64,000 nt of DNA from Dimorphilus gyrociliatus (Eukaryota > Animalia > Annelida). Shown here piece by piece: positions 60,455 to 64,000 of the stretch. The notes beneath the pieces were generated by a model that saw nothing but the letters and a program-made list of their open reading frames with translations, had not been told where the DNA came from and made no database searches. Positions within the stretch are counted from its first letter, which is position 1. Every line of letters begins with the position of its first letter. Made by a program: the position numbers and the translations under genes. The stretch is from assembly GCA_904063045.1 (NCBI GenBank), contig CAJFCJ010000006.1, forward strand, positions 3,364,408-3,428,407, given 5' to 3'.

Positions 60455-63400
60455 ATGATTCAACCCGAAATAGACATAAGTAGAGCAGTTATTAGACGTC
60501 CTTTGTGTGTTAGCGATGCTCCTCATGAAAAAAATTCGAAAGAACAATTTATTAATCGAATTCATAAGATCAAGGAAAAATCTCAAGAAGTTATAACGGC
60601 GAAGTGGTGGAAGAAAAAAATTCTGAGTACTTTCCCGTTTATTGGTATTTTTGGACAGTACAGTTTAAGGGAAGATTTAGTCGGTGATGTTGCTTCCGGT
60701 TTAACTGTTGGAATTATGAATATACCACAGGGTTTGTATTAAGTTTTAAGTATCATCTCATTTTCTTCTATAAAATCTCTTACAATACAAAAAACGGTTC
60801 CTTATCAGGCTATTCGCAGGCCTAGAAAACCGAAACGGTTTACGAGCACGAAACGCCTGTGCGTCGTTTCCTCTTGCGTGAGGCATCTATTATACGCCTT
60901 CATTTAGTTGGCTGTTTATAATCATTTATATATTTTTTCTGCTTTTTTTTCTCCCATCACAGGAATGGCGTATGCTTTTCTTGCATCACTTGGTCCAGTA
61001 TATGGACTCTATGTTTCATTCTTTCCAATCATTGTTTACTTTTTTTTTGGAACTTCAAAACACATCGCGATAGGAACTGCTTCCATTCCTTCACTTCTTA
61101 TAGGATCTATTGTTGAAAGAGATCTTGCTGAACGTTTTCAACCACCAATTAATACAACAAGTACCTCTTTAGAGGATTCAGAAATGCAGTATAAAATACA
61201 AATTGCTGTTGCTATGACATTGATGGCCGGAATTTTTCAGGTTGAATGACCAAAACTGATAAATTTATCCCGTCACGCGCTTTAATTATTCTTTAGAACC
61301 ATTTTTTGCTTATTCACTTTTGTCAACAGATAATAATGAGTTTCCTTCGCTTGGGCGGTGTAACCGTTCTCCTCTCTCCGGCCTTGGTCAGCGGATTTAC
61401 AACAGGAGCAGCAGTTCACGTTTTAACGAGTCAAGTCAAGTTTCTATTTGACATTCGAATTCCTCGGCATTCCGGTTCCTTGAACATTATCTACGTGAGT
61501 AAGCGCTACCATTCAACCATGTAAAATAACTTTTTTTTTCTTTCCCTTTTGTCCACTTCAGACTTACATTGACATTATAAAGAAAATTCCAGAAACAAAC
61601 ATCTGCGCCATAATTATCTCAATTATTTGCATTGTTATCCTTACCATATTTAAAGAAGTCATTAACCCCAAGTTTAAAGCTAAATTACGAATGCCATTTC
61701 CTATAGAGTTACTACTGGTAAAGAATTGAGAATCGAATATATTCGCTTAATTACATATTCTCTTCTCATAAAGTACTTTGTTATTTCTCCTTTTTTATGT
61801 TTTTTTGCAGGTAATTATTGCTACTCTTGCATCGCACTATGGTGGTCTTCCAAGTAAATACTCTGTGACTACTGTGGGAAAAATTCCAGCTGGTTTCAGT
61901 ACCCCGACCTTACCCAAAGCATCATTTATTCCTCATCTTATAGCAGATGCATTTACATTATCCGTTATCTCCTTTACTATAACTTTATCTCTGGCAAAGA
62001 TATTCGCCCAGCGTCATGATTACAACGTTGATCCGAATCAAGTGAGTAGGAAATTGTTTACTGCGAAGACAACGGAGACGTTGATCGATATTTAGACGCC
62101 TTAAGAATGACGTCGCTGTAGATCGAATACAAAGACCGGCATTCCTAATGAGCTTTTCTCTTACTCTCTGTCACTGTCGCTCCAATGTTTTATTTTAACT
62201 ATGAGAGTAATCAAATTCCCTTATTTTTAGCTACTTTTCTTTCTGTTTTTATTCGTGTATACCTTTAAGCTCCAATTCGTTAACAGGAACTTCTAGCATT
62301 AGGTTGGAGTAATACGATATCTTCCTTCTTTAATTGCTATGCTTGCTGCGCTTCCTTGTCGAGGAGTAGTGTTCAAGAATCAGTGGGTGGAAAGACACAG
62401 GTGAACCATACATAATAGTCATTAATAAGTCAACAAAGATATACTAAAATATTAATACACATCCTTATAGCTTGCTGGTTTGTTCTCGTGTGCATTAATT
62501 CTAATAGTCCTACTAGCCGCTGGTCCACTTTTTCAGCCATTACCAAAAGTATGCAATGATATATTCGAATACTAATCGTTTATTAATTAATAACAAAAAT
62601 TAATTATGTTTATGTCTTTCAAATTTACCTTTTATTTCTTTCTATCAAGTGTGTTCTCGCATCCATCATAGTCGTTGCTATCAAGAGCCTATTCAGTCAA
62701 TTTAAAGAACTAAAGCCTCTGTGGAAGACCTGCAAATACGACTTTGTAATTTGTTTTATTTTTATTAATCCTTGCCATTTCCGTTTTTCAATCTATAGTC
62801 TTTTTTTTTCTATTCTTTCGTGAAATTAATTTTTCTTTTTTTTACTCTTATTTCCACATACTCAACGAATAGTTGGTTTGGATTGTGGCCTTTGTCGGAG
62901 TCGTTATCTTGGACGTGGACATTGGTTTAGGTTTAGGAGTCATGTTCTCCCTACTAACAGTCGCATTTCGGTCTCATTATTCAAAAGTTCGAATTTTGGG
63001 AGTTGTTCCTGGCTCGGAATTGTATACAGATTTTAATGATACAAAAACTGTAGAAGAACTTCCAGGATTAAAGATATTGAAATTAGAGAATCCGTTAAAT
63101 CATATAAGCAGCCAACCATTTAAAAGTAGAGTTTATCATTTATCTGGAATAAACCCGGAAAAAAAGAAGAAAGAAGTATTAAGGAAACCGACAGCGTCAA
63201 CTACGGATGATAAACAGGTAATAAATCAACATTAATTCTATGTTGGTAATTAATCAGGATTTTCGAAGGATTCTATCACAGCGGAACTAGCTGAGAATGG
63301 TTTATCAGAGGCGGATGCACTGCACAGAAATAGCTTAAAAACAATTATTTTCGATTGTTCCGCAATTGCACACATGGATTCTGCCGGTCTTCATTGTCTC

Positions 63401-63764
63401 CTAAATGTAAGTAACCTATTTCATTAGAACAGAAAAACCACTTAAGACAATAAAACACATTTACATATCCGATTCATTTTCGTTTAGTTAATGAATGATT
63501 ACAAAGCCGTCGATATAACCGTTTTGTTGGCTTGTTGCACAAGTACGTTTGATTATGATTAATATGTATTTTTTAATTGTAACAAATATGATCATATGTT
63601 TACAAGGTCCGACTAGAAACATGCTGCGAACTGTTGAATCTCTATGGGATGACTGGCGACATCTGGTATTTAATACTGTACACGATGCCGTTTTGTTTCA
63701 TTATTATGGGAGAGAAACTGAAAAGTTGGAAGTTCACGTTCGATCAAGCAATACAAATGTGTAG
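60455..63764 (+). CDS. SLC26: SLC26/prestin-like sulfate/anion exchanger with STAS domain, about 11 exons
   Basis: DLVGDVASGLTVGIMNIPQGMAYA, PVYGLYVSFFP, GTSKHIAIGT, SGFTTGAAVHV, ELLALGWSN, SLSRSSVQES.GGKTQ, and STAS IIFDCSAIAHMDSAG. Confidence 0.95.
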
Positions 63765-63817
63765 GCGAACACATTTATATCTATTTTTCTTAGAAAAAGA
63801 TAGTGAATCTCTTCAAG

Positions 63818-63833
63818 CCCCCCCCCCCCCCCC
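63818..63833 (+). repeat. C16 homopolymer plus CU-rich tract in the SLC26 3'UTR
   Basis: Direct reading; starts 54 nt after the stop codon. Confidence 0.9.
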
Positions 63834-64000
63834 ACTCCTCACACCCTTATTCTTCTTTCCCTTTTCTCTAATGTACATTTCAAACAAAAATAATTGAATG
63901 TTTTCCTTCTACCCTTCTATATTTTGTACATATTTCTTTCAGGTAAACTTATGAAAGTTGCATCCCTAATATATCTATATAAGTATAGATATACCTAGAT

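Noticed and set aside
60805-60900. Hammerhead ribozyme (CTGATAAG and GAAAC words on the minus strand)
   Set aside because: The core is not CUGANGA, and the stem order and geometry do not fit.

Overview
AT-rich animal genomic DNA from a very compact genome. Most introns are about 50-70 nt GT-AG and intergenic gaps are often under 500 bp. Gene content (GH3 xylosidase, NNT, RGM, TRPA1) fits a lophotrochozoan such as a small-genome annelid; this is an inference only. About 23 protein-coding genes can be reconstructed by hand: INCENP, RGM-like, AIFM1, two orphans, UTP18, TRPA1-like, SLC5, GT31, a Ly6+C-type-lectin protein, sphingomyelin synthase, GH3 beta-xylosidase, nurim, P4HA, an LRR-like type I membrane orphan, NIPA2, a 167-aa orphan, MRG15, a small orphan, SLCO/OATP, IDH2, NNT and SLC26. 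No transposon, rRNA, tRNA or CRISPR was recognised. The main signals are: (1) IDH2 and NNT, the two main mitochondrial NADPH producers, sit head-to-head 754 bp apart with CCAAT and GABP motifs between them; (2) a predicted NNT 5'UTR intron holds a hairpin whose 3' arm starts with 12 nt identical to bantam miRNA; (3) the RGM has GDPH replaced by SASH; (4) CTCF-like motifs recur in intergenic positions; (5) a 15-nt AIF micro-exon, a candidate GT31 pseudoenzyme and an unusual LU+CTLD fusion. All exon structures and homologies were assigned by eye, without database searches.
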